Source: a virus. Taken from it: a stretch of 64,000 nt of DNA. The notes beneath the pieces are model-generated. The model saw only the letters and a list, made by a program, of their open reading frames with translations. It searched no databases and was not told the origin of the DNA. This document shows, piece by piece, positions 9,738 through 20,091 of the stretch. The stretch covers positions 51,637-115,636 of the IMG/VR virus record IMGVR_UViG_3300032215_000682. One strand, given 5' to 3'. The stretch's first letter is position 1; each line of letters opens with the position of its first letter. The translations under genes were made by a program, and so were the position numbers.

Positions 9738-11852
9738 TTAATTATAAATTACATAATTTAACAAAGAGGTGTCTAAAGTGTTTATAACACCTGTAGGCCC
9801 AACAGCACTTATAGTAAGTGTATTAGCTGTACATACAGCAGTGTAATTAAATGTGTTAGTTAGTGTGCCTCCAACAGATACTAATTGTAAAAATGCTCTT
9901 GAAGATGTTGTAAGTCCTGTTATTGTTATTGCTTTTGTTCCTGCTACTAAAGCTATTTGACCTAATCTACCTCCAGATCCTTCAGTGATTGTGATTTTAT
10001 TACCTGCTGTTCCTAAAGTTAAATTTCCATTAGATGTCCAGTTTCCACTAGAATCACTTTGAAGTCTTATATGACCCTGACCATCAGCTAAAACAATATT
10101 ATTGGCTAATGAGGAACTTAAACCAGTTATTTGACTGCCTATTACAGTATTATAAGAACCTGTTGTTATTCCCACTTGAGTTGTCCCAGCTCCTATAATT
10201 ATATTATAAGAGCCACTTTGTATATTTTGGCTCATAGCATAACCTATACCAATATTTCCATCACCAGTTGTATTAAATAATGCTGCATAACCTAATGATG
10301 TTCCATAGTATCCATTAACATAACTACCTCCTGCACCATAACCAACATGTGTGTGATATAAACCATTTGTAATTAATGCTCCTGCTACTGATCCCACAGC
10401 AACAGAATTTGAACAAGATGTTGCTTTTTGAAGAGCTTGATACCCCAATGCTGTATTATTTCCACCAGTTAAAGAAACACTACTTAAAGTACTAACTCCA
10501 ATAGCTGTGTTTGTACTTATAGCCCCAACTCCCTTTCCTATAGTTAAACTATTTATTGTAGAATCATTAGTACATGTAAATGTATTTGCAGTTAATGTAG
10601 TTCCATTAAATGTTAAATTTGCACTTTCACTCACTACACCACTATTATCATATAAAATTCTTGTAGAAGTTCCAGAAGTTATAGCTGTAGTTCCTATTGT
10701 AATTCCTCCTGATGCAATTGTTCCCCAAGAAGTATTAGTACCATCAGTGGTAAGATATTTACCTGAATTGCTTGTTTGTAAAGGTGCTAATGCATTAAAA
10801 GCTGCATTAGCTGTTGTTTGTCCTGTTCCACCATTAGCTATTGCTATAGATGTACCATTCCATGTTCCTGATGTTATAGTGCCCACTGTTGCTATATCAC
10901 CTCCTACTAATTTACTTGAAGCAATACTACCTGCTAACATAGCATTTGTTACAGCACTAGCTGCTATAGTTGTTGTTATTGTTGTTGTACCTGAGCCAGT
11001 AACATTACCACTTAATGTTATTGTTTGATTACCTGTTATGTATGAATTAGAATCTAAACTTCCATCAGCTTTTATAAATTGGCTTGATGTGCCAGTTATA
11101 TAACTTAAAGTTCCTGCTGTAGATTTTATTATTCCTGTACCATTTAAAGCTGTTGTTAAATCTGCTGTTGCTATAGCTCTAAAAGTTGGGATACCATTAG
11201 AACCATTAGGAGCTAATAAACAATAATTTGCTGTTTGTGAAGGTATGCTAAATACACCAGTGGTATTATTATAACTTAATGGAGCAGAAGCTGATAAACT
11301 TAACAAAGAAGATTTATTATTAAATGTAGACCAATCTGAGCTAGAAAGTAATCCTCTATTAGAAGCACTAGCTGTAGGAATATTAAAAGTATGTGTACTA
11401 CCTGAAGAATTTATTGTAAAATCTGTACCACTACTCCCTGTTGTAAGAAGTTGTGCAGAAGAAGTGAGAGTGTTAATTGAATCTATTCCACTAGCTGTAT
11501 TTGTTTGTATAATAGAGCCATTATTATTTAAATATAAAGTGCTATAAGCAGGGAGAGAGGCTGTAAATGAAACTAAATGAGCATTTGTTATTCCATTGAC
11601 ATAAAGTTTTATATTAGTGACAGCACTACTAGAATAATTAACAATATTAATATTAGAAATGTCTATATTAACAGATAAACCTGTATTAACAGAAGAATAA
11701 GTGTATATTGTACTAACACTATTATTTAAAGTTATTTGAGCTAAAGGGGCATATAAATTTTCTGCTCCTACATTATACCACCCAAATAATGTACAAGTGA
11801 CAGCAGCATCTGCATATCCTGAAAGAATGTCATTTTCTTTTAAAGTAATCAT
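9738..11852 (-). CDS. Tail fibre / spike protein
   Basis: 704 aa, G/S/T-rich, with fibre modules (ASASNRGLLSSSDW, IANGGTGQTTA, GKYLTTDGTNTSW) and 'N.A.G..AL' beta-helix repeats. Confidence 0.8.
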   Translation of the reverse strand: MITLKENDILSGYADAAVTCTLFGWYNVGAENLYAPLAQITLNNSVSTIYTYSSVNTGLSVNIDISNINIVNYSSSAVTNIKLYVNGITNAHLVSFTASLPAYSTLYLNNNGSIIQTNTASGIDSINTLTSSAQLLTTGSSGTDFTINSSGSTHTFNIPTASASNRGLLSSSDWSTFNNKSSLLSLSASAPLSYNNTTGVFSIPSQTANYCLLAPNGSNGIPTFRAIATADLTTALNGTGIIKSTAGTLSYITGTSSQFIKADGSLDSNSYITGNQTITLSGNVTGSGTTTITTTIAASAVTNAMLAGSIASSKLVGGDIATVGTITSGTWNGTSIAIANGGTGQTTANAAFNALAPLQTSNSGKYLTTDGTNTSWGTIASGGITIGTTAITSGTSTRILYDNSGVVSESANLTFNGTTLTANTFTCTNDSTINSLTIGKGVGAISTNTAIGVSTLSSVSLTGGNNTALGYQALQKATSCSNSVAVGSVAGALITNGLYHTHVGYGAGGSYVNGYYGTSLGYAALFNTTGDGNIGIGYAMSQNIQSGSYNIIIGAGTTQVGITTGSYNTVIGSQITGLSSSLANNIVLADGQGHIRLQSDSSGNWTSNGNLTLGTAGNKITITEGSGGRLGQIALVAGTKAITITGLTTSSRAFLQLVSVGGTLTNTFNYTAVCTANTLTISAVGPTGVINTLDTSLLNYVIYN

Positions 11853-12580
11853 TTATGAGTGTATACATAAAATAATGTTTCTACTAGTGTTGCTACACTA
11901 AACCCTATTACACCTCCTATTACAAAAGTTTTAATAGGCTTTTTAGAAATATTTTGTTTAACAAAAATATTTTTTGTATCAGATTGTTCTAAATATTTAT
12001 TAGAATTTTTAATTTTAACAATTGACTCTGTTTTAAATAGTCCTTTTTTAACATCTCCTATAGTTATTTCCACCTTATTTGGAATGTTTAAATGTTCTAT
12101 TACAAAACCATCTTCTGTTATAACTCCATACATTTGTAAATTAGAATCAATATTTTCTATTTTTACTGGAAGTGGAAGACATTTAAATGAATCTATTTTT
12201 CCATTAATTGTATCTATTATTTCTACTAATTTAGTAGAATCTTTATATCTTATAGTATCATGTACAACTTTTATAGATGTGTTATATTTAATTTGACCTA
12301 TTAAAGAAGACATTTTATTTTCTTTCTCAATATGCTTCACTATCTCTTGATTTTTATTAGTTAAAAGCTGTTCTTGTGTGGTTATAAGCCCATCTTTTGT
12401 CTTCACTTGGAGTGTTCTCATAGAATCATTGTAAATAGCTGTAATGAGCTTATTTTCAAGTGTTCTATTATCTCCTAATGTTAGAATAGTTTTATAGCCA
12501 AATAAAACTAAAAGAAATAATAATATTATTATAATACTATTTTTGAGGAGGTTCTTCTCCTGTGGAGTTGGTTGTAACAT
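11849..12580 (-). CDS. Membrane-anchored lysis accessory protein (spanin-like)
   Basis: N-terminal TM helix, coiled-coil region and C-terminal hydrophobic segment; overlaps the holin-like gene. Confidence 0.45.
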   Translation of the reverse strand: MLQPTPQEKNLLKNSIIIILLFLLVLFGYKTILTLGDNRTLENKLITAIYNDSMRTLQVKTKDGLITTQEQLLTNKNQEIVKHIEKENKMSSLIGQIKYNTSIKVVHDTIRYKDSTKLVEIIDTINGKIDSFKCLPLPVKIENIDSNLQMYGVITEDGFVIEHLNIPNKVEITIGDVKKGLFKTESIVKIKNSNKYLEQSDTKNIFVKQNISKKPIKTFVIGGVIGFSVATLVETLFYVYTHK

Positions 12581-12818
12581 TTGTTGATTGGTTTTGTTTT
12601 GCTAATATTGCTGTATTGTAAGCCCCATAAGTCATCCACCCACCTATAACTATCATAAATGAAGTAGAGTCCATTTTGTCTATATTTTTATATACATAAA
12701 CATATGTCATAAATAACATAGATAAAAAAGTAAGACATCTTTCTATTCTTTTAGAAGAAAGTAATGTAGGCTGAGAAGAAAATGTAAGATATAATTCTTT
12801 TAAAAATGTTTTTATCAT
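12537..12818 (-). CDS. Putative holin
   Basis: 93 aa with an SSKR motif before two TM segments. Confidence 0.6.
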   Translation of the reverse strand: MIKTFLKELYLTFSSQPTLLSSKRIERCLTFLSMLFMTYVYVYKNIDKMDSTSFMIVIGGWMTYGAYNTAILAKQNQSTNVTTNSTGEEPPQK

Positions 12819-13174
12819 TTTCCAAAATGTTTAAAAAATACAAAAAAGGCTGTACCTATAGCTGTTATTACACTTACAACACTTGCTACAATAGGTATAG
12901 AATCTTTAACACCATTTTGTGCAGCTTTAGTTCTTTCTAAAGCTTCTATTCTAATTTGTAATTTTTCTATTCTATCTATAGAGGCTTCTTCTAATTTCTT
13001 ATGAAGCTCCATAGCTGTATCAGAAGTAAAATCTATCTTTTTTTCAAGATCAAAAACTTTATCATTTAAACTTTTCAATTCATAAAAAGTTGCCAATTGA
13101 ATTTGTTTTTCTGTTATTTCATCTTCTTTCCCCTCCATAATCCTTCTTACAATATCATCTAGAAATGTTGTCAT
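12815..13174 (-). CDS. Coiled-coil protein with C-terminal TM helix (lysis-associated)
   Basis: Sequence composition; adjacent to the holin. Confidence 0.45.
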   Translation of the reverse strand: MTTFLDDIVRRIMEGKEDEITEKQIQLATFYELKSLNDKVFDLEKKIDFTSDTAMELHKKLEEASIDRIEKLQIRIEALERTKAAQNGVKDSIPIVASVVSVITAIGTAFFVFFKHFGK

Positions 13175-13177
13175 GTT

Positions 13178-13702
13178 TTATATTGTTATTGTATTACTTA
13201 AAAATTCATTACCAAACATATCAAAACATCCAACTTGCACCACTGTTCCTGTAGAAAGTCCTGACCAAGTATTTGTTCCTTGATTAGCCAATCCTGTAGT
13301 GTTTGAATCAAAATAAACAATATGATTATTTTTATATTGATTAAGTTGATAAAAACTATTTACTTGAATTATATCTACACTAGAACTTGTTTGATTTGTC
13401 AATGATACATTTGTAAAATTTGTAAGCCAAACATTTTGTATATTTGAAGATTCTCCTGTCACATTGTCTACAATCCTAAGTTGAACAAAATCTCCTATTT
13501 GAGGATTTCCAGTGCCTCCTATAGGCCATGAAGGGGTTTCAAATCCTCCACTAGTAGGAAACCCAGATATTACAGGACTTATAGTATTCCATGTATTTGA
13601 TTGCCATAGTTGAAAATAATATTCTCCAGAACAATTTTCTACTGTAACTATTGGAGTCATTGATGTTAGACCTTGATCTAATCTAAAAGTTAAATTTATC
13701 AT
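13178..13702 (-). CDS. Putative virion / tail accessory protein
   Basis: Beta-rich, S/T/N-rich, in the structural operon. Confidence 0.4.
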   Translation of the reverse strand: MINLTFRLDQGLTSMTPIVTVENCSGEYYFQLWQSNTWNTISPVISGFPTSGGFETPSWPIGGTGNPQIGDFVQLRIVDNVTGESSNIQNVWLTNFTNVSLTNQTSSSVDIIQVNSFYQLNQYKNNHIVYFDSNTTGLANQGTNTWSGLSTGTVVQVGCFDMFGNEFLSNTITI

Positions 13703-13719
13703 TATTTTTATTTAATTTA

Positions 13720-14388
13720 TTAAACAACTCTTTTATAAACATTTGATGTTGAATTATAATAAGTATTTCCTATTACAAGTCCTCCTGTTATAGCTGCTGC
13801 ATTATTTGCATAGCTAGGTACATGAGATAATAAAGATTGAATATCATTAAATGTTAAATTACCAGCACCATCTGTAGTAAAAACACTTCCATTACTACCA
13901 TCTGTTAGGGGGAGATTAAAAAATAGTGTATTAGTTGATCCCCAACCTATACCATTATTATCTATTTTAAATCCTCTTGTAGAATTACTACTTTCAACTC
14001 TCCCAAAAAGACATGCATCATTGGTAATGCTTCCAAAAAAACCATTTGAATCTCCTACAAAAGAAAAACATACTATTTCTGTATTTAAATCAGAAGCAAT
14101 TAACGTACTACCAAAAGAATTTCCTAGGTCTGTTAACACTCCTGTAGCTAAAACAGTTACTACATTATTAGTAGGAGAAGCAGCTATTCTTGTACTTCCA
14201 TCTCCTCCTGTATTTATATTATTTCTTGTAAAATATTCATCTGAAGTAATACCTGTTCCAGTGCCATAAACTACTTGTCCTAATGGTTGACCTCCATTAT
14301 TCTTAGTATAACAACAAAAATTCTTATCAAGATTTGTTATTCTATTAGAAAGATTTCCAAATATCTCTTCTGCTTTTCTATCAGTCAT
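13720..14388 (-). CDS. Tail fibre-like protein
   Basis: LPLTDGSNGSVFTTDGAGNLTF fibre motif and C-terminal YANNAAAITGGL..G..Y motif. Confidence 0.6.
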   Translation of the reverse strand: MTDRKAEEIFGNLSNRITNLDKNFCCYTKNNGGQPLGQVVYGTGTGITSDEYFTRNNINTGGDGSTRIAASPTNNVVTVLATGVLTDLGNSFGSTLIASDLNTEIVCFSFVGDSNGFFGSITNDACLFGRVESSNSTRGFKIDNNGIGWGSTNTLFFNLPLTDGSNGSVFTTDGAGNLTFNDIQSLLSHVPSYANNAAAITGGLVIGNTYYNSTSNVYKRVV

Positions 14389-14410
14389 CTTTTAATTTTT
14401 AATTTGATTT

Positions 14411-14441
14411 GAAAAAAGAAAAGGGAATTTCTTCCCTCTTC
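14411..14441 (-). terminator. Intrinsic terminator
   Basis: AGGGAA-TTTC-TTCCCT hairpin with a U-tract on the minus strand. Confidence 0.5.
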
Positions 14442-14474
14442 ATAAATATATAAAAAACCAATAAATTATATATT

Positions 14475-15461
14475 TTATATTCTTTCTACTACTAATGAAA
14501 CAAAACATTTTCCACCTGGAGTATTTTTTCTACCTCTAACACTTAATAAATAATAAGAACCAGTGGTAGCTGTACTATTTGTTAATGTACTAGAAACATT
14601 TGATTGGCTTGAATTTGTTGTTCCAGCAGCAATTGTTATACTTTGAAATGAGTTAGGCCCCATAATATTACTTTCTATTTCTACAGTGGCATTATCTGTA
14701 GATTCTATGTTTTTTATTATAGATATTGTAACTTGTTTTATATTATAAGGATAACCTACAGGAGCTAATGAGAATGCTTGTTCACCACTCTCAAAACTTA
14801 TTGGAACAGTTATTGTTTCTGTAAAGCCTGATAGAATATTTACCCTATCAATAGGAACTAGTATACCACCTCTGTTAATTAATAGTTGGTCATTTGATAG
14901 AGCAATATCTGTAACATTTCCAGAAGGATTTGTACATTTAATAGAAGCATCTGGGCCATGAGCAAGTTTACTATTTGTAACAGCATTTGCTATTATTTTT
15001 AATGTACTAACAGAATTTGTAGCTAAAATTGGTGTTGTAACACTACCATTTTGCAATTGATTAGTAGCAACACTATTTACAGCTATTGCTGAGTTAGTGA
15101 CACTACTGTTAGTAAGATTTGCACTTGTAATAAATGCTTGTGTGCTATTAGGAATAATTTGTACTACCCATTGTACTCCATCATAATATATTTGTGCTCT
15201 CCATTTAGTAGAAAGCAATGTTTGATTTATTGATGTACCAAAAACACTGAAAGTTGTACTATTTGTTGTAATATCAAGATTACCTTCATAATTAATTATG
15301 ATTGTAGTGCCTTGAATTGGTGTTCCTGATGGAACTAAGGTATAATTACCAATAGCTATAACAGATCCTTTTATAATATATTCATCAATAGATGCTGTTG
15401 TTACAAAAGCTGGAATTTCTGTTCCTGTACCATTAAGAGTGTATAATTGTGTAATTGGCAT
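14475..15461 (-). CDS. Tail fibre-like protein
   Basis: 10-residue repeats of the type 'SVT..(K/Q)(I/L)A.N' typical of fibre shafts. Confidence 0.6.
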   Translation of the reverse strand: MPITQLYTLNGTGTEIPAFVTTASIDEYIIKGSVIAIGNYTLVPSGTPIQGTTIIINYEGNLDITTNSTTFSVFGTSINQTLLSTKWRAQIYYDGVQWVVQIIPNSTQAFITSANLTNSSVTNSAIAVNSVATNQLQNGSVTTPILATNSVSTLKIIANAVTNSKLAHGPDASIKCTNPSGNVTDIALSNDQLLINRGGILVPIDRVNILSGFTETITVPISFESGEQAFSLAPVGYPYNIKQVTISIIKNIESTDNATVEIESNIMGPNSFQSITIAAGTTNSSQSNVSSTLTNSTATTGSYYLLSVRGRKNTPGGKCFVSLVVERI

Positions 15462-16453
15462 TAATATTTTTTAATTATTTCTGATGTAAAACAATTTATT
15501 GTATTATATCCTGGAGCTGCATATCCACCATTACTCACTGTTTGAGCTATTTTTACATTTAAAGCTGTAAAATCTATATTAGAAATATTAGCTCCTAATA
15601 CAGAAGCATTATTGCCTACAGATATAAGATTAGAAGCAATTGGATTAACACCAAGTTGTGTATAATATGTTATTGTTGTTATACAATTTAATATTGCTGT
15701 TGTTGCTCCTGTTACAAAAAATGTCAACTCTGTAATAAAAGCTGTTTTAATAGCACTACCCCCTGTTATTGAAGATGTCTGTGTATCTAAAACAGTTGAT
15801 CCATTATTAATTGTTAATGTAAATTCAGTGTTATTAGGAGAAGGAAAACTTGTTATTTGTCCTAATATTCTATATTTAATTATATCACCAACATTAACAT
15901 TTGATTTTGTTACAAAATTTTGTGTATTATTTATCATTAATGAATTAACAAAAGAATCATGAACAACATAATCAGCATATGTAACACCTGAAAGATTTGT
16001 ATTTCCAGCAGGAGCTTCTATGTTAAATGTATGAGGGCTTGGTGTTGTAATTGTTAATGAACTAGATGTTATATTTGTAACTGTATCTGTTAAAAAATTA
16101 TTAATAGAAACAATATTATTTGTATTATTAGTAATATTATTAAGAATATTATTAGCAATCCCCACTTGATAATTGGTATTAGAACCAATAGTACTAGGTG
16201 TCACAACAGTTTGACCACTAACATTACTAACAGAAGTTGTAAAGCCACTAGCAGGAGATATAGAGCATATTTTAGCATCTAAAGCCTGTACAATAGCTTC
16301 TAATGTACTTCCTGTAGGCATATTAGTGCATGTAAGTGTGTTTCCTTTATAAAATACACATTTAGAATCATAATTTTGTAAACATCCTAAACATGTGTTT
16401 TTACATGTACAAGTTTTATTAAAACAAGAAGGACAAGAATATTGATTTGTCAT
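15461..16453 (-). CDS. Cys-rich virion/tail protein
   Basis: N-terminal Cys cluster plus CV..G..L.C....G..L module; T/N-rich body. Confidence 0.55.
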   Translation of the reverse strand: MTNQYSCPSCFNKTCTCKNTCLGCLQNYDSKCVFYKGNTLTCTNMPTGSTLEAIVQALDAKICSISPASGFTTSVSNVSGQTVVTPSTIGSNTNYQVGIANNILNNITNNTNNIVSINNFLTDTVTNITSSSLTITTPSPHTFNIEAPAGNTNLSGVTYADYVVHDSFVNSLMINNTQNFVTKSNVNVGDIIKYRILGQITSFPSPNNTEFTLTINNGSTVLDTQTSSITGGSAIKTAFITELTFFVTGATTAILNCITTITYYTQLGVNPIASNLISVGNNASVLGANISNIDFTALNVKIAQTVSNGGYAAPGYNTINCFTSEIIKKY

Positions 16454-16462
16454 TTATTTATT

Positions 16463-17431
16463 TTATACACCAACAAACTCAAAAGAAAGAGAAATATTAG
16501 AACCACCTGTTGTTGTTGCTACACCTGTAGTATTAAATATTTTAATTGAATAAACATCTCCACTATTTAAAGTGAGTCCTTTAATAACACAGCTTGAATA
16601 AGAAGTTGCTTGAGAAGTGCAATAAATTGTACCATAAGCAATTGCTTGTCCACAACCATTACAAGGACTACCAACTTTCACTAAAGCAGCTCTTATAAAA
16701 CTTGGAGCATTTGTTGCTGAACCATTTAAAAGAAAGTTAGCTACTAAACCAATGTCATAAACACCAGTTTTGTTTATTGTAAAAGCTCCTGATATATTAG
16801 TAGGAGCACCTGTTACAAATGTATTAGAAGGAGATGTCCATCCTGTTGTTAAAACAGTACCAGATCCTATACCATCTCCACATGCACCATTTCCAGAAAT
16901 TACTTGAGGAGCTGCTACAAATGTTATTTGTTGTCTAACAAATTTAATTTGCTGACCACTTGTTGTATCTAATAAAGGAGCAACAGCACCATTACCAGAA
17001 AATTTTCCTAGTAAATATCCACATGTATCACTAGAATTTACTTTATTTATATATTGTAAACATGTGTTAACAGGAATTTCTAAATTTAATTTATGATTGC
17101 CTGTAGCAGAAGTTTCTGTTATTGTTAATGTACTAGAAGTAATTTTATTTATTAAGTAATCACATACAGAGTCTGTATTAGACACTTTAACATTACATGT
17201 TGTTGGTGTAATTATAGGAACATTATTACAAACATAATTTCTTATATTATTTATTTGTTCTTGTAAATTACTTCCATTAGTTATACAATCATCTTGAGGT
17301 TGTATAGACACACATGTAGCAGGCCATATATATGGACAAGTTATTTCTGTAGGACATGGAGATGTACACAAACTACTTGGTATACTAGATTTAGAGCCAT
17401 TAAGAATTGTTGTACAACATGAATTATTCAT
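16463..17431 (-). CDS. Cys-rich virion/tail protein with C1q-like C-terminal domain
   Basis: Shared Cys module, internal KVS..D.C.YL..K repeat, C-terminal GAFTINKTGVY..LNSGD..SI. Confidence 0.55.
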   Translation of the reverse strand: MNNSCCTTILNGSKSSIPSSLCTSPCPTEITCPYIWPATCVSIQPQDDCITNGSNLQEQINNIRNYVCNNVPIITPTTCNVKVSNTDSVCDYLINKITSSTLTITETSATGNHKLNLEIPVNTCLQYINKVNSSDTCGYLLGKFSGNGAVAPLLDTTSGQQIKFVRQQITFVAAPQVISGNGACGDGIGSGTVLTTGWTSPSNTFVTGAPTNISGAFTINKTGVYDIGLVANFLLNGSATNAPSFIRAALVKVGSPCNGCGQAIAYGTIYCTSQATSYSSCVIKGLTLNSGDVYSIKIFNTTGVATTTGGSNISLSFEFVGV

Positions 17432-17436
17432 TAATT

Positions 17437-17979
17437 TTATAAATTTATAATTTTATAAGAAATATATAAGTCTAAAGTTCCATCTCCATTTGCAGGATTT
17501 CCTGTTGCAACATTTATGTTTATAGGAGAATTAATTTCTATATAATTATTTGTTAAATTATTAAGTGTTATTGAAGAAGAAGTATTAAATAAAATACTAC
17601 CATCAAAAAATACTGTAAAAGAAGGACTACCATAATATATTTGTATAAATCTATTACCTGTATATGCTGTAATGTTATAAATGTAATTAGAAACTATGTT
17701 AAAAATTAATATTATTTTATTTACTCCAGGAGCAGGTAGTAACTCTAATGGTGTTGTATGTAAATTTAATATTTGTTCTGATGTTAATGAAATTTTTGTT
17801 GTTATTAAATCATTAACTGTTGTACAACATGTAGAACATATACCACTTAATGCCTGTGTTAATGTAGCTCCTCTTGTTAAATTAAGACATGACAAATCTT
17901 GTGTTAAATAAACACAATCTGATAGTGGTGTACTATCACATACACTATTAGAATATGGAGAACAATTACAATTACACAT
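17437..17979 (-). CDS. Cys-rich virion protein
   Basis: Shared Cys module and a 'L.S.QIL.L..TP.ELLPAPG' domain. Confidence 0.5.
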   Translation of the reverse strand: MCNCNCSPYSNSVCDSTPLSDCVYLTQDLSCLNLTRGATLTQALSGICSTCCTTVNDLITTKISLTSEQILNLHTTPLELLPAPGVNKIILIFNIVSNYIYNITAYTGNRFIQIYYGSPSFTVFFDGSILFNTSSSITLNNLTNNYIEINSPININVATGNPANGDGTLDLYISYKIINL

Positions 17980-17989
17980 TATATTCTAT

Positions 17990-18643
17990 TTAATTACAAA
18001 GATTTCCTCCTTGTGCATTTAAACAATTTACTCTATCTTCTAATGTATTGAATAAACTTGTTAATGTACTAAGAGAAGTTTGCTGTAGAATTAATTGACT
18101 TGCTAATGAGCCAGCATTAGAAGTGTTTGTTGTAGCATCTGTTAATGATGCTAAATTATTTTGAAGAACATTTATTTGGTCTTGTAATGTACTTATATTA
18201 GTAAATAATTGACATAAACATGTAATTATATTTTCAAAGGCTGTTGTTAAACTAACAGTTCCATTAGTTACACAAGGATTTTGTGAACAACATTTAAAAT
18301 CCACTGTTACATTAGGTTCTGTTGGAGTTTGTAAAGCTGTTATCTGAGCTTGTAAAACACACTCTTGTTCTAATAGAAAATTAACTAATGTAAATATTGT
18401 TTTATCTTCTTGACCAATATTCCATACAGTTTGTAAACATGTAGGAATAGTTATATTAGAAAGATCTGTTGTATTTAATAATGCACAAATATTATTAGCA
18501 AAAATTAATTCTGCTGAACTAATAGGCATTCCATTACAAATATTAAGACAAGGAACATCTCCTGATTGCCAACTAATACAAGTGTTAGGCCCTGAGATAG
18601 GACATACATCTGTTAAATAAGAAGCTGAAACACATGCTGGCAT
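17990..18643 (-). CDS. Cys-rich coiled-coil virion protein
   Basis: Shared Cys module and heptad C-terminus. Confidence 0.5.
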   Translation of the reverse strand: MPACVSASYLTDVCPISGPNTCISWQSGDVPCLNICNGMPISSAELIFANNICALLNTTDLSNITIPTCLQTVWNIGQEDKTIFTLVNFLLEQECVLQAQITALQTPTEPNVTVDFKCCSQNPCVTNGTVSLTTAFENIITCLCQLFTNISTLQDQINVLQNNLASLTDATTNTSNAGSLASQLILQQTSLSTLTSLFNTLEDRVNCLNAQGGNLCN

Positions 18644-18861
18644 TATATTTTATTTATTGTACTTTTAATAGCAGAAGTTATTTCTTCTTCTGTAAAACTA
18701 TTTAAACAATCATAACAAGGAACTTCTAGCATTTTTTTATAATTTATTAATTTAAGAAGGACATCATCATCAGTTCTATATCCTAAATCAAACTTTCTGC
18801 TAGAATTTAATTTATTCACTCTTTTAGCTATTGCTTTATTTACATCTTCCAGAAGGGTCAT
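18643..18861 (-). CDS. Hypothetical structural-operon protein
   Basis: 72 aa, translationally coupled to its neighbours. Confidence 0.5.
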   Translation of the reverse strand: MTLLEDVNKAIAKRVNKLNSSRKFDLGYRTDDDVLLKLINYKKMLEVPCYDCLNSFTEEEITSAIKSTINKI

Positions 18862-19399
18862 TTTGAAAACAATTTATTATTTTGTCTAATTCTTTATTTG
18901 CATAATTATAAAGCTCATTAGCTTTTCTAATATCATTGTTATAAGCATTAGCTTTAACACCTTCTATATACACTCTTATTGTTGCTAATTCTTCTGATAA
19001 TTCTTTAGAATAACAACTAGAACAAGCATTTAAATCTAAATATAAAATAGCTTTATTGTATTTACACTCTATTTTACAAGTTCTATATTCCACTTGTTCA
19101 TACCAATTACTTTCATAAGGGCATACACTAATTTTAATTGTATATGCACCATCAGGCAAATCTTGTAAATATTGAACATCATCTACATTTGTTACATTTA
19201 AATTATTAGAATTTAATAATGTAATAGCAGATCTGTTATATGTTAATTCTACAATCTTTAAATATCCTGGAACTTTTATTTGAAGTAGAGCACCTGATAC
19301 TGTTGTAAGAGGATTATAATAGGAACTATCTAAAATGGCAAGAGTTTTGCAATTCTTAGTATCTACTATATCAAAAGAAAGTGTTGTATTACTTAACAT
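18836..19399 (-). CDS. Structural protein (tail hub-like)
   Basis: LPDGAYTIK motif; follows the auxiliary capsid genes. Confidence 0.45.
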   Translation of the reverse strand: MLSNTTLSFDIVDTKNCKTLAILDSSYYNPLTTVSGALLQIKVPGYLKIVELTYNRSAITLLNSNNLNVTNVDDVQYLQDLPDGAYTIKISVCPYESNWYEQVEYRTCKIECKYNKAILYLDLNACSSCYSKELSEELATIRVYIEGVKANAYNNDIRKANELYNYANKELDKIINCFQNDPSGRCK

Positions 19400-19537
19400 T
19401 TTTTATTACTATTCTTTTTACTCCATTTTTTATACATTCTGAACAAAGTCCATTAGTTAATTGGCAACTACATCCATGAATTATTTTTTTACATCCTCTA
19501 CAAGTTGACATTGGTTATTATTTTTATGTTTTAAAAA

Positions 19538-20011
19538 TTAATCACAATTAGGCATACTAAGTGCTACAGGAACACTTTGATGTATTACATTATATCCATT
19601 AGCAATTAATGTCACTGTCACTGTTACAATAACAGGAGAAGGTTGAAAAGCACCTTCAAAAGAAGATTGCAAATTACCTGTCCACATACCATTTTTATCA
19701 AATGTTATTGTATTAATAACACCTGCATCAGGATATTCAGGAGCTGAAAAATACACTTGGCAGGTTTTTCCTGCTAAAGCTGTATCAATTATAATAACAT
19801 TTGAAAATTTAATACCATAAACACCATCTGTTCCAGTACAAGAAAATGTACCAAAATCTACTGTTGGAATACAACAGGGTGCTAATAGTAATGCTATATC
19901 ATTATATATACTAAATGACACCACTCTTTGAATAGTATTTAGAATGTTTGATCTACGCTGGCTAGTTAATTTTTGTGCCAGTTTACCTGAAGCCTGTTGA
20001 TATATTGCCAT
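19538..20011 (-). CDS. Putative head-associated structural protein
   Basis: 157 aa, directly downstream of the auxiliary capsid gene. Confidence 0.4.
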   Translation of the reverse strand: MAIYQQASGKLAQKLTSQRRSNILNTIQRVVSFSIYNDIALLLAPCCIPTVDFGTFSCTGTDGVYGIKFSNVIIIDTALAGKTCQVYFSAPEYPDAGVINTITFDKNGMWTGNLQSSFEGAFQPSPVIVTVTVTLIANGYNVIHQSVPVALSMPNCD

Positions 20012-20032
20012 TTTATATGTGTTTATTATATT

Positions 20033-20065
20033 AAAAAAGGAGAGCAGAGATTTTCTACTCTCCTT
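20033..20065. terminator. Intrinsic terminator (possibly bidirectional)
   Basis: AAAAAAGGAGAGCAGA-GATTT-TCTACTCTCCTTT hairpin downstream of the auxiliary capsid gene. Confidence 0.7.
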
Positions 20066-20091
20066 TATTTTAAGGACTCTTGAATTTTTAT

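Noticed and set aside
10507-11028. 173-aa plus-strand ORF and other short antisense ORFs inside the structural and replication genes
   Set aside because: These are shadow frames of strongly biased codons on the opposite strand, with no motifs or expression signals.
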